64,000 nucleotides of DNA from the NCBI GenBank assembly GCA_963842845.1, contig CAWJHZ010000005.1, positions 1,308-65,307 of the forward strand, in the 5' to 3' direction. A model generated the notes under the pieces. It ran no database searches, was not told the DNA's origin, and worked only from the letters and a program-made list of their open reading frames with translations. The translations under genes and the position numbers were made by a program. This document shows, piece by piece, positions 1-9,350 of this stretch. Every line of letters begins with the position of its first letter. The stretch's first letter is position 1. This DNA comes from an uncultured Chloroflexia bacterium. GTDB lineage: Bacteria > Chloroflexota > Dehalococcoidia > DSTF01 > JALHUB01.

Positions 1-4
1 CCAG

Positions 5-490
5 ATGCCGGTCGTGCCGGCACAGCTGAACATCTCGGCGACGGCGCCGGCGGCGTTCACGCCCGCAGCGCCGGCCGGGCCGGCGGGTGCAGGCTCCGGC
101 TCGGGGCTCAATGCGTCGCTCTACGTCGACACGGTCGCCGGCACCGGACCGGTCGGCGCCGCGAAGAGGCCGGTCGGCTGCTCCCAGGCCAACGTGTTCA
201 AGCGCGGCGAGCAGGTCGTCGTCCGCACCTGGGGCACCGATCTCTCGACCAACGACGTCCTGTCGACGGACAACGTGAACTCTGCTCACGTGTCGATCGC
301 CGGCGTGCCGGACGTGACGCTGAACTGGGGCGCCCACGGCACGGCGGGCAGCCAGGTCTACTTCTGGTCGGCCCCGTGGATCATCCCGGCGACGTACCCG
401 CTCGGCGAGACGACGCTCCACGTCGTCCTCAACCTCGAGAGCGGCAAGACCGCGACGTACGACTACACGATCAACGTCATCCCGTCGTAG
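5..490 (+). CDS. secreted Ala/Gly/Thr-rich beta-type protein, 3' portion; the 5' end lies outside the window
   Basis: Open frame from the window edge to TAG at 488-490. High-GC codon bias with G/C at third positions. Low-complexity PAAPAGPAGAGSGSG linker followed by a Thr/Val-rich domain. Confidence 0.55.
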   Translation: MPVVPAQLNISATAPAAFTPAAPAGPAGAGSGSGLNASLYVDTVAGTGPVGAAKRPVGCSQANVFKRGEQVVVRTWGTDLSTNDVLSTDNVNSAHVSIAGVPDVTLNWGAHGTAGSQVYFWSAPWIIPATYPLGETTLHVVLNLESGKTATYDYTINVIPS

Positions 491-513
491 CTGAAGGCGA
501 AGGAGTCGCAACC

Positions 514-2070
514 ATGAGCATCCACTCAAGCCAGTTGCGGCCCTTGCGGCGCTGGCAGGAGCCCTGCTCCTGCCAGCGCTCGCAACCGCCGCGCCCACGC
601 CCCTCGTCATCCCGGCGCTCTCGGGCGTCGCAGCACTGCCCGGCCCGCTCGCGCCCGCCGCGACGCCGGCCGCGACCATGAAGACCCTGACGGCGAAGCC
701 CGACGACGCGGTCGCCGGGACGCCGTTCACCCTCACCGGCAGCGGACTGCCCGCGAGCAAGGCCGTCTCGATCGTCTGGAGCACGGCCAACGTGACGTGG
801 GTCGTCGACGCCCGGCCCGACAGCGTCGACTACCTCGGCCGCTCGGCCTCGAAGATCCAGGTCGTCCTCGCCCAGGCGCAGACCGACGCGCAGGGGAACC
901 TGTCCGTGAAGCTGACGGCGCCACAGGACTTCGGCGGCATCCACGACATCTACGCCGTGATCGACGGCGTCCAGGTCGCCCACGGCGGCTTCCTGGTCGC
1001 CCGCTCGGCGACGATCAGCCCGAAGCGGGGCCCGATCGGCACGATGATCACGATCACGTACAACGGGCTCGGTTCGTCGCTGTACGAGGGCGGCGCGTCG
1101 CTCCTGTACGACAACCACTACGTCGGCGCGATGATGGCGAACTGGACGCGCGGCACCGCCGTGGCGCACATCCGCGCCACCGGGCCGGTCGGCAAGCACA
1201 CGATCGAGGTCGCCGACGCGATCAGCTTCAAGTACCTCAACATCCAGCAGTCGCCGATCCCGTGGGGCACCGGCGAGAAGTTCACCTTCACGGTGACGAA
1301 GGACAACGGCCGTCCGAAGGCGCAGATCGACTGGCCGGCGAACGTCGCCCCGACGCTCGACGCGAAGACGACGCTCCAGCTCACCGCACTCGGCGCCCCC
1401 TCGGCGGCGAGCGCAGAGCTCGCCTCCTCCTCGGGCACCGTCAACTCGAAGGTCGCTCTCTCGGCGCAGGGCCTGACGCCCAATGCACCGGTGAACATGG
1501 AGTGGTCGACGGTCGTCGGCAACCGCGTCAACTGCACCGGCACCTGCTGGTCGTTCGTCTCGGTTCCGCTCGGGAACACGACAGCGACCTCCGACGGGAC
1601 GCTGGCCGGCAACGATCACGGTCCCGGACGGCCTGGGCGGCTGGCACGTCGTGCAGCTGCTCCAGGGCGGCCAGGTCAAGGCGCAGGTTCCCTACTACGT
1701 CAAGCGGAGCATCTTCGGCAAGGGCGTCTCGTCGCTCACGCTGAAGGAGGGCCAGCGCTTCACCGTGCACCTCAAGGGCCTCGGCTGGACGCAGCTCGAC
1801 AACACGATCGCGGTCGACTACGACAACAGCTACATCGGCTACGGCTGCGGCTTCAACAGCAACGGCGACACCGTCATGAACCTGGTGGCGACCGGCGGGC
1901 CCGGGACGCACCTGATCGACATGTACCCGCTGCTCTACACGCAGCAGCCGTCGTATCCCAACACTCCGTACGGCATGGTCCCCGTCCTGACGTATGCACA
2001 GGACGATCCCGGCCTCGCGCTCGGCTATCAGCTGGGCGCGATCCGGCTGGCGATCACCGTCGTCAAGTAA
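514..2070 (+). pseudogene. secreted repetitive protein gene interrupted by two frameshifts, or carrying two assembly indels
   Basis: AAGGAG sits 8 nt upstream of ATG 514. A signal-peptide-like stretch, AALAALAGALLLPALATAAPTP, is only reachable by a -1/+1 shift near 545-550. The main body 678-1620 and the tail 1651-2070 are in different frames and join naturally: ...TSDGTLAG / ITVPDGLGGWHVVQLLQGG.... Confidence 0.45.
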
Positions 2071-2116
2071 GCGAGGGCAACCGGGGGAGGAGCTTCGCGC
2101 TCCTCCCCCGCTCGTC

Positions 2117-3400
2117 TCATGCCTTCGAGTCCTGCACGCGCGCCAGGCGCGCGAATCGGGCGGGCAGCCACCAGTTGTAGCGGTCGAGGATCGCCATCAG
2201 CGCAGGCACGAGGCAGGCGCGAACGACGGTCGCGTCGACGAGCACGGCGAGCGAGAGTCCGACGCCGAACTCCTGCAGCCCGGCGATCTGGCCGGCGACG
2301 AAGCCGGAGAAGGCGGCGACCATGATCACGGCCGCAGCGGTGACGATCCGCCCCGTCCGCTCGAGCCCGTGCGCGACGGCGCGCGCGTTGTCGTGGACGT
2401 GGTCCCACGACTCGCGCATGCGCGTGACGAGGAAGACCTCGTAGTCCATCGAGAGGCCGAAGAGCATCGCGAACAGGAAGATCGGGATCCAGCCCTCGAT
2501 CTGCGGCACGCGGTAGAGGCCGAGCACGTCGGCGCCGACGCCCCAGCGGAAGATGACGACGAGCAGGCCGTAGACGGCGGCGACCGAGAGCAGGTTGAGC
2601 AGCACCGCCTTGAGCGGGAGCACGAGCGAGCGGAAGGCGCGCAGGAGCACGAGATACGTGAGCACGAGCGCGCCGAGCACGAGCCAGGGCAGCAGGCCGT
2701 ACGAGCGTGAGAGGTAGTCGACGCCCTGCGGCGGCGCGCCGCCGGCGTAGACCCGCACGCCGGCCGGGAAGTGCGCGGCGGGGACGAGCGTGTCGCGCAG
2801 CCGGTGCACGAAGGCCTGCGTTGCCTCGTCGCCGTACTCGTGCCGGCCCGCCACGATCACGCGTGCGTACCGGCCGCTCGGATCGACGTACGGCGCTCCC
2901 GGCCCGGTGGCGGTGACGAGCGCCTCGGGGTCGTGGAAGATCAGGCCGGAGAGCCGTTCGACTGCGGCGTGCACCGGCCCAGTGCGCGCGCGCCCCGGTG
3001 CGCCCGCGTCGACGACGACCTCCGTGGGTGTGAGCGCGCCCGCGCCGGCGTTGGCGCGCAGCAGCGCCAGCCCCTGCGCCGACGCGGTGTGGCCGGGCAG
3101 CGCGGAGATCGAGCCGGGCGTGACCTGGAGGAAGGCCGCGGGCACGGCGGCGGCGACGAGGATGGCGCGTGCCGACGGCCGAGGAAGGCGGCGGGCCGGC
3201 GCATGATCGCGCGGGCGAGCCGCGCCCAGAAGCCGCTGTCGACGTCGATCGTCCCGGGCAGGATGGGCAGGCGGATCGCCGAAGCGGGAGCGCAGCAGCG
3301 CGGCGACGGGCACGCGGCGGGCGCCGCGGCGGCCGAACACCGAGAGCAGCGCCGGCTGGAGCGTCGCGGCGGCGGCGATCGACGCGAGCAATACGTCGAG
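2117..3400 (-). CDS. MMPL-family (RND superfamily) transporter; only the C-terminal half is present, comprising the second periplasmic domain and TM7-12, and the 5' end is cut at the GC/AT junction
   Basis: Typical MMPL C-terminal TM bundle: LPWLVLGALVLTYLVLLRAFRSLVLPLKAVLLNLLSV...FLFAMLFGLSMDYEVFLVTRMRE. There is no ATG; the open frame simply runs into AT-rich DNA at 3400-3433. Confidence 0.7.
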   Translation of the reverse strand, partial: LDVLLASIAAAATLQPALLSVFGRRGARRVPVAALLRSRFGDPPAHPARDDRRRQRLLGAARPRDHAPARRLPRPSARAILVAAAVPAAFLQVTPGSISALPGHTASAQGLALLRANAGAGALTPTEVVVDAGAPGRARTGPVHAAVERLSGLIFHDPEALVTATGPGAPYVDPSGRYARVIVAGRHEYGDEATQAFVHRLRDTLVPAAHFPAGVRVYAGGAPPQGVDYLSRSYGLLPWLVLGALVLTYLVLLRAFRSLVLPLKAVLLNLLSVAAVYGLLVVIFRWGVGADVLGLYRVPQIEGWIPIFLFAMLFGLSMDYEVFLVTRMRESWDHVHDNARAVAHGLERTGRIVTAAAVIMVAAFSGFVAGQIAGLQEFGVGLSLAVLVDATVVRACLVPALMAILDRYNWWLPARFARLARVQDSKA

Positions 3401-3503
3401 TCGAAGGTCAACATAACAATACCCTTCTTGCAACTCAACGGCTATCTCAGGGGTGATGAAGTGTGTTGAGCCATCGATATGAGAGCGGAAGGTGACGCCC
3501 TCA

Positions 3504-3726
<223 letters not shown>

Positions 3727-3867
3727 TTTACTTCACCTTAAAATTAGAATCAACTGCCGAGTTTATAAAATTATTGCTTCCTTTGTTTTTCAGCAGGGCA
3801 AAAACGACATCTAAATAATTTATATGAATTAAAGAAAGCTATGAATTTCCATTTATGCAACCCGAGT

Positions 3868-4230
3868 TTACACCTGAGTTTCACTTTCTTTCTCCGTTTC
3901 CTCTGGTTTTTCTTCTTTCAGAGTACACATAGAGAAACGAGTCGTGATATCGGAGATAGTGCCATGTACTTTCTCTTTCGCCTGAACCGCATCATCATAC
4001 AGGGATTCAAGCTCTGGTCGAGAGGGAAACATCTGTTTCAACTCATCAATTTTCCCTATCCCTTCTGTTAAAATATGTTCTTTCCGTATCAGGTTTTCCA
4101 TGACTTTTGGCATCTCGTTACAATTCATAGTTAAAGGGTCGCATTCTTCATCGTCTTTCGTTTTTGTCGTTTTTGGGATGTCATCCATATCTTCTGGTTC
4201 GTCCATGAATGACAGAATGACGAAAACCAT
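3868..4230 (-). CDS. hypothetical acidic protein, 120 aa
   Basis: ORF with AT-rich codon usage; Asp/Glu-rich. Confidence 0.45.
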   Translation of the reverse strand: MVFVILSFMDEPEDMDDIPKTTKTKDDEECDPLTMNCNEMPKVMENLIRKEHILTEGIGKIDELKQMFPSRPELESLYDDAVQAKEKVHGTISDITTRFSMCTLKEEKPEETEKESETQV

Positions 4231-4270
4231 AAATAAACCTTTCGCATTACTTAAAAGAGAGGTAAAAAAA

Positions 4271-4582
4271 ATGCCAACAATAACTGATACATATACAATA
4301 ACTATTCAGATAACCCCTCATGGGATTGCTGATGTCATCCAGCCGGTGACCGCCCCTGCTACTGTTGACCCGAACACTGCGTTTGACCTCGCCTATACGG
4401 TGAAAAACATGGGTACAGTAACAGACCTGATTTATGGTCGTCTGACTATCGGGGGTGTCGAAGTAACGGGTAGCTATTGGTCACAAAATCTTGCGCCAAA
4501 TACAACGGTCACAAAAACATTTACATTCCAAGCGGGGATAACGGCTCAGACAACAATAGTTATTGAAGTCGGACACATATAA
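4271..4582 (+). CDS. CARDB-like (cell-adhesion-related) single-domain protein
   Basis: AGAGAGG RBS 9 nt upstream of ATG 4271. Motif VTAPATVDPNTAFDLAYTVKNMGTVTD. Paralogous to the ORFs at 61510-62206 and 49198-49833. Confidence 0.55.
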   Translation: MPTITDTYTITIQITPHGIADVIQPVTAPATVDPNTAFDLAYTVKNMGTVTDLIYGRLTIGGVEVTGSYWSQNLAPNTTVTKTFTFQAGITAQTTIVIEVGHI

Positions 4583-5069
4583 TCTTTTTAAATCTAATAT
4601 GCAAATTACTTTAGAAAAAGAGAAAAAATGTTCTCGATGTAAAAAAACATTACCTGTTTCTAATTTTCATAAAGATAAACATAATAAAGACGGATTTTAT
4701 CTTTTTTGCAAAGAATGTCGAAAATTTTACAGTTTAAACTATTGGAATACAATGAAATATGATGCTGAATTTAGGAGAGAATCAATAAAGAGATGTAAAA
4801 AATATGATGATAACATAAAACTTGATGTTTTTAAACATTATTCAAATGGAAAAATAGAATGCGCTATCTGTAAATGTGATGATTATCGGGTTTTAAACAT
4901 CGACCATATAGGTGGAGGAGGATTAAAAGAAAGAAGAAAACAAAATCTAGATGGTGGTGCTGTTTTCTTTAGATGGCTGATAAAAAACAATTATCCTGAA
5001 GGGTATCGTGTGCTATGTCGTAATTGTAATTGGTTAGAACAGGGGGTAGCTAATTGGCGACTTTTTTAG
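4563..5069 (+). CDS. HNH endonuclease with an N-terminal Cys4 zinc finger
   Basis: CxxC...CxxC N-terminus; HNH core ECAICKC...LNIDHIGG...LCRNCN. The real start may be ATG 4599. Confidence 0.8.
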   Translation: MKSDTYNLFKSNMQITLEKEKKCSRCKKTLPVSNFHKDKHNKDGFYLFCKECRKFYSLNYWNTMKYDAEFRRESIKRCKKYDDNIKLDVFKHYSNGKIECAICKCDDYRVLNIDHIGGGGLKERRKQNLDGGAVFFRWLIKNNYPEGYRVLCRNCNWLEQGVANWRLF

Positions 5070-5127
5070 GCTCATTAGCGACTTCTCGTTGGCGAGTTTT
5101 TATGGAAGAATTTAGGAGGGATATGAA

Positions 5128-6012
5128 TTGTTGAAAAATGAAGATATTTCTTTTTTAAATTGGATACTATTTATACTCTTAATATATCTAATATTTATGT
5201 TTGGAATATCTAACGATGCTCTCGCTGAAATTATTGTTATGCTCGTATTAGCAGTTATTGGTTTTTTATCTTGGCTGTTTTATGTGAAACCAAGATGGGA
5301 ACAACGATATGCTAAACAATGTAAGCTCAAAGAAGCTCATCTAAATGATATGATTAGCATTCTACAGGAATTAAGAATGTTAGTTATTGACTATAATAAT
5401 TTTAAAATCGAGATTTTGATAATAGGAGGAACTGCTTCTTCAGATTTTCATGAATCACCTGAACTAAGTTTGGCATTACAACATCTGAAAACTCAGAATT
5501 GGAATAAAATACGTGAGTCTGTTAAGAGAATAAACAATGATTTTAAAGATTTGGAAAACTATGTAAAAAACAGGATAAAAACTGAAATCATAGACGATTA
5601 CAACCATGAATTATTTGATACAATATGGGATATAACTAAGAAGATACTATCGAAAGAAGTAATAAATAAAATTGAGCCAAATGAATTAGAAATTCAAACT
5701 GAGCCCTCAAATTCTTCTTTTTCTGTTTCATTTGATAGCGACAGACCATGGCACCTTCATGTAAAAAAAATTGGAAAAAATGAAATCAAGACGTTTTTAT
5801 TAAATGTAATTAACGATACAGAGTATCAAGATAAATTAGGAACAGTTAAAACAAAAATAGAACCGACTAAAAGAGATTTCGATGATTTCCAAAAATATTT
5901 AACGGACCTATTAAAATTATCGGAAATTGAGTTACAGAGAGAACTGAGTAAAATGAAATGCGATAAGTGTAAATCATTTTTAAGGAAATGGTGGGTCATT
6001 ATCTTTATCTGA
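5128..6012 (+). CDS. hypothetical membrane-anchored protein, 294 aa
   Basis: AGGAGGG RBS; two N-terminal TM helices; C-terminal CxxC. Confidence 0.55.
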   Translation: MLKNEDISFLNWILFILLIYLIFMFGISNDALAEIIVMLVLAVIGFLSWLFYVKPRWEQRYAKQCKLKEAHLNDMISILQELRMLVIDYNNFKIEILIIGGTASSDFHESPELSLALQHLKTQNWNKIRESVKRINNDFKDLENYVKNRIKTEIIDDYNHELFDTIWDITKKILSKEVINKIEPNELEIQTEPSNSSFSVSFDSDRPWHLHVKKIGKNEIKTFLLNVINDTEYQDKLGTVKTKIEPTKRDFDDFQKYLTDLLKLSEIELQRELSKMKCDKCKSFLRKWWVIIFI

Positions 6013-6273
6013 TATCTCTGTGCATACAATCTCTGCCGAACCATCTATATTCTTATTATTATTACATATGAGCGGTTGATTTTGTCCAGAAGTTAAAACA
6101 TAATTTTTTGGGGTATCTATAAGCTCAATCTGTTCTATAATAGGACCATGAACTATTTCTAATGAACCGTTTGGATATTTTCTTACTACATAAGCTTTAG
6201 AATCGTAGAGTCTTGTTATTTTCGTTTTCCTCACCTCGTTACATGTTTCATTACGCCTATATGGCGTAATCAC
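5980..6273 (-). CDS. hypothetical protein, 97 aa
   Basis: ORF only. Confidence 0.3.
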   Translation of the reverse strand: MITPYRRNETCNEVRKTKITRLYDSKAYVVRKYPNGSLEIVHGPIIEQIELIDTPKNYVLTSGQNQPLICNNNKNIDGSAEIVCTEISDKDNDPPFP

Positions 6274-6340
6274 TATTTAAATATTACACCATAAAGGTGT
6301 AAAAAGATATTTATGACACCATTATTATTACCATATTATT

Positions 6341-6595
6341 ATGACAAACAAAAATGAAGAAACGAAACTGGATTGGAGTAGACCAGGTTCAGTAAAAATT
6401 CCAGCGTCTATCGTCAAAGCTATTGATGATTTTAAGGAAAAAAATGATTATTCCTCCAGAGGACAAGCTATAGTTGCCATGATAAAAATAGCCGAACAAC
6501 GAGATTTAGTTCAGAATATGTTTGAAAAAGAAAGAGAGAAAATCGTTAACGAAATACTTCAACAATTAGGTTCCCGTTTTTCAGGAAAAACATAG
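6341..6595 (+). CDS. ribbon-helix-helix (CopG/Arc-like) DNA-binding protein
   Basis: SVKIPASIVKAIDDF...SSRGQAIVAMI fits a beta-strand followed by two helices. It lies next to the 7.4-8.0 kb palindrome-rich intergenic region. Confidence 0.45.
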   Translation: MTNKNEETKLDWSRPGSVKIPASIVKAIDDFKEKNDYSSRGQAIVAMIKIAEQRDLVQNMFEKEREKIVNEILQQLGSRFSGKT

Positions 6596-6734
6596 TCAAT
6601 TTGCATAATACTTTAGGAACGGGGTTTTGGATGGTCTTACACGAATCGCATGTTTGACATAAACTAATCGGATTTACATGATTGCACTAATTTTAAGGAT
6701 TTACACTGGGATGCCCCACTTATGATAATTGACT

Positions 6735-7403
6735 TTATGATTTTGTATTTTTAAGATTTTCAAAGAGTATATTAATAAAAATTTCTGCTCCAAGTGTTGA
6801 AAAAATAAATAGCGAACTAAGAATAAGAAGTAAAACCTCATCGTTAGCAAAAAGAAAGGGCGTTTTATGCATTATAAACATCCACAGATAAAGATAAAGA
6901 ATTACTCCAAAGGGAAGCATAAATTCGATTACAAGTTTTGCCATATGTTTAGCTAATTCCAATTGTTTAGTATAATGAATGAACCTCAATAATATAAAAC
7001 CAAACCAAGAGGCGATAGCAGTTTCAACAATGCTTTTATGTGGAATAAAATAGAAATAGATAAAAAAAATAGCAAAATATACATAGGATACAATCAAATA
7101 ATTGATTATCCACTTTCCATTGTTTTCATTATAACTTTTTGTTGAAAAATCAATTAAATAAGAATGTACAAATCTTCTAATTCTTTCATAATATCCTTCT
7201 GACAAAAGAATCGCAAAAATGATTATAAAACCGAATATAAAAATTAATGGTAAGAAAATAGTTTGAAAACTAACAAGATAACTGGAAACCTTTAGGTATA
7301 ATGCAATCGATAAAAAGACAAAAGAACAAAAATAAACTAATAACAGTTGTATCATTTGTTTGTGTTTCTTTTCATCAAATCTTTGAAAAATGATTATAAA
7401 CAA
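6735..7403 (-). CDS. polytopic integral membrane protein
   Basis: Six or more hydrophobic helices; ORF of 222 aa. Confidence 0.55.
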   Translation of the reverse strand: MFIIIFQRFDEKKHKQMIQLLLVYFCSFVFLSIALYLKVSSYLVSFQTIFLPLIFIFGFIIIFAILLSEGYYERIRRFVHSYLIDFSTKSYNENNGKWIINYLIVSYVYFAIFFIYFYFIPHKSIVETAIASWFGFILLRFIHYTKQLELAKHMAKLVIEFMLPFGVILYLYLWMFIMHKTPFLFANDEVLLLILSSLFIFSTLGAEIFINILFENLKNTKS

Positions 7404-7789
7404 TATTATCGAAAAAATAATAAAAACAATTACAAATATGACATTTAATTGATTAATTTCTCCTCCCTGAATAAATGATAAAACAGAGAATGATATAGAA
7501 AATAGGGCACATAGAAAAAAGCCGAAAGTAAATAAAAATAATATTAGATTTTTTCTGTAAATATTATTTTACCTCCGTACGAGGACATTCTTGTGTCGTA
7601 ATTAATACTCATTTTTCTCACCGTAGTTCAGAAATCCTATAATGTCATATAAACATTATGAGAATCCATCCAGCTTTGCACGCAAAGTAATGTGTTTATG
7701 CGTAGAATTGGTTTTTGTACATAGACCTAGCTTTAAATCTGTTGGGGATATGGCACTTCTCAGTTGATTACATTGATATCTGTCTTGAT

Positions 7790-7911
7790 TTGGGCTAATT
7801 GGAATTGGCTAATTAGCCAATTTAAAAGGCTAATTAGCTTCCCTCCTTCTGGCTTCTCTTTAAAATAATTAACTATAAATACAACAATTTGCTAAACTCG
7901 CCAATTGGCGA
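7790..7911. promoter_or_regulatory. cluster of perfect palindromes (TTGGCTAATTAGCCAA, GGCTAATTAGC, CGCCAATTGGCG) in a 590-bp divergent intergenic region; putative operator or origin
   Basis: The 16-bp perfect palindrome is at 7805-7820 and the 12-bp palindrome at 7899-7910. Related GCTAATTGGCGAC and GCTCATTAGCGAC copies occur at 5048-5082. Confidence 0.5.
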
Positions 7912-7994
7912 CCACCAGAACATCTTAGACTTAAAGAACAAAAAGTAAATAAACCAGAATGACATTATCATTGTCATTGTGTCACTGGTGAAGC

Positions 7995-8273
7995 ATGTCA
8001 GGTGAGAATCCTCTATGGTTTAACTTAATAATGCTCGCTTTAGGGATATTGCTTCTTACCTATCTGCTTTATCGACACAGACCGAGGGAGATTATGGAAT
8101 CGAAATTTGAGATATTCAAGGATAAAAAGCAGAAGTTCCGCTTCCGGCTGATTGCTCCCAATGGGGAGATAATCTGCCAAAGTGAAGGCTATGAATCAAA
8201 ACAAGCATGTACGGATACGATGGCTGTGTTAGGCACATGGGCCCGAGATGCTAAAACAGTTGATTTAACCTAA
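7995..8273 (+). CDS. YegP/DUF1508-family protein with an N-terminal TM helix
   Basis: FEIFKDKKQKFRFRLIAPNGEIICQSEGYESKQAC matches the DUF1508 signature. Confidence 0.6.
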   Translation: MSGENPLWFNLIMLALGILLLTYLLYRHRPREIMESKFEIFKDKKQKFRFRLIAPNGEIICQSEGYESKQACTDTMAVLGTWARDAKTVDLT

Positions 8274-8360
8274 AATTATGAGGGGGGGCGATTAAACTTT
8301 TTTTATGTTTACCGACATGGTATACTTCACCTTCACTCCCCCTCCACCTAATTATTTTTT

Positions 8361-9350
8361 TTATGAAAAATTTGTTATTGTGATGTTTGCTGTTGCTGTG
8401 TTTGCGGTGGTATTCCCGTAGTTAATCAAGGCGTAGAGATATTGGTATGTTGTGGTGGTGCATACGATACTAAGGTGTGATACAAGAACTGTCCGTGCAG
8501 AGTCGCTATAGATATCCAGGGTGCAGGTGGTTCCTACTCTTTTTATAGTGAGGTAATACATTGTTCCTGTTGCTAGAGCAGGTGATACTGCTGATGTTCC
8601 CGCAGAAATGTCTCTCAGTTCAAGTGTATTCGTATTTATGGGAGACCAGCAAACAAATATTCCTGTTGAGGCATTTATCGCAAGCTGTATCGTGGTCTGT
8701 CCGTTAGTCAACCCGACTCCTGTTCTTAACCCTGCTCCTGAGTAGCTATTTAATTCCATGTCAACATTAAAGGTGAAATTACTGAAATGACCTACGCCAA
8801 AATCTTTTCGCACATAGGATGTGCTTGCTCTCATCATGCCTGTGCAGACAATTTGATTTGCGGTAAGCGTGAAAGAGCCGGGTGTTACATTATATGCTGT
8901 ATAGGTTGTGAAATCCTGATAGGTTGTCACATTGATTGTTACTGATACGCTGTCATCAATAATGTTGATTTGTGATAGGAAATTTGCTTGTAATGTAACA
9001 GCGGATGCTGGCATGGTGAATGATAGTGTTGCGTTTGTGTTTGTGTACGTCCCTGTCCAACCTGTGAATGTGTAACCTGTGTTTACGGTAGCGGTTACAG
9101 TGATAGCGGTTCCAGAAGCATAATTCCCATTAGCGGTTCCAGAGATAACGCCTCCTGCTATCGGGCTTTCTGTCGCTGTGAACTGGTAAGTAGCGGGGGG
9201 TGTAGAAAGATATTCATATGCCCCGATATCGTATGCTGTCCCTTGTGGTCTTATGTTCCCATCGTAATCAACGGTAACAATAGATTCTGCCATTCCAGCG
9301 TTTATTGCAGGGGACGTGCTTTGTAAATGAAAATCAGGTGTTGTCTGTAC
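8361..9350 (-). CDS. C-terminal part of a beta-helix adhesin: disaggregatase-like motif plus Listeria-Bacteroides-type GYxFxGW repeat domains
   Basis: PDFHLQSTSPAINAG...DYDGNIRPQGTAYDIGAYEY; TGYTFTGWTG. In sequence terms it is the continuation of ORF 9334-10545 after a frameshift. Confidence 0.55.
   Translation of the reverse strand, partial: VQTTPDFHLQSTSPAINAGMAESIVTVDYDGNIRPQGTAYDIGAYEYLSTPPATYQFTATESPIAGGVISGTANGNYASGTAITVTATVNTGYTFTGWTGTYTNTNATLSFTMPASAVTLQANFLSQINIIDDSVSVTINVTTYQDFTTYTAYNVTPGSFTLTANQIVCTGMMRASTSYVRKDFGVGHFSNFTFNVDMELNSYSGAGLRTGVGLTNGQTTIQLAINASTGIFVCWSPINTNTLELRDISAGTSAVSPALATGTMYYLTIKRVGTTCTLDIYSDSARTVLVSHLSIVCTTTTYQYLYALINYGNTTANTATANITITNFS

Noticed and set aside
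87-3469. Many overlapping ORFs on both strands in the first 3.4 kb (e.g. 87-278, 477-1679 minus, 797-1744, 2028-2408, 2119-2325, 2771-3469, 2941-3438)
   Set aside because: These are typical stop-poor alternative frames of about 70% GC DNA. They are Arg/Pro/Ala-rich with no coherent domains. Only the secreted-protein frames and the MMPL frame show real protein-like sequence.
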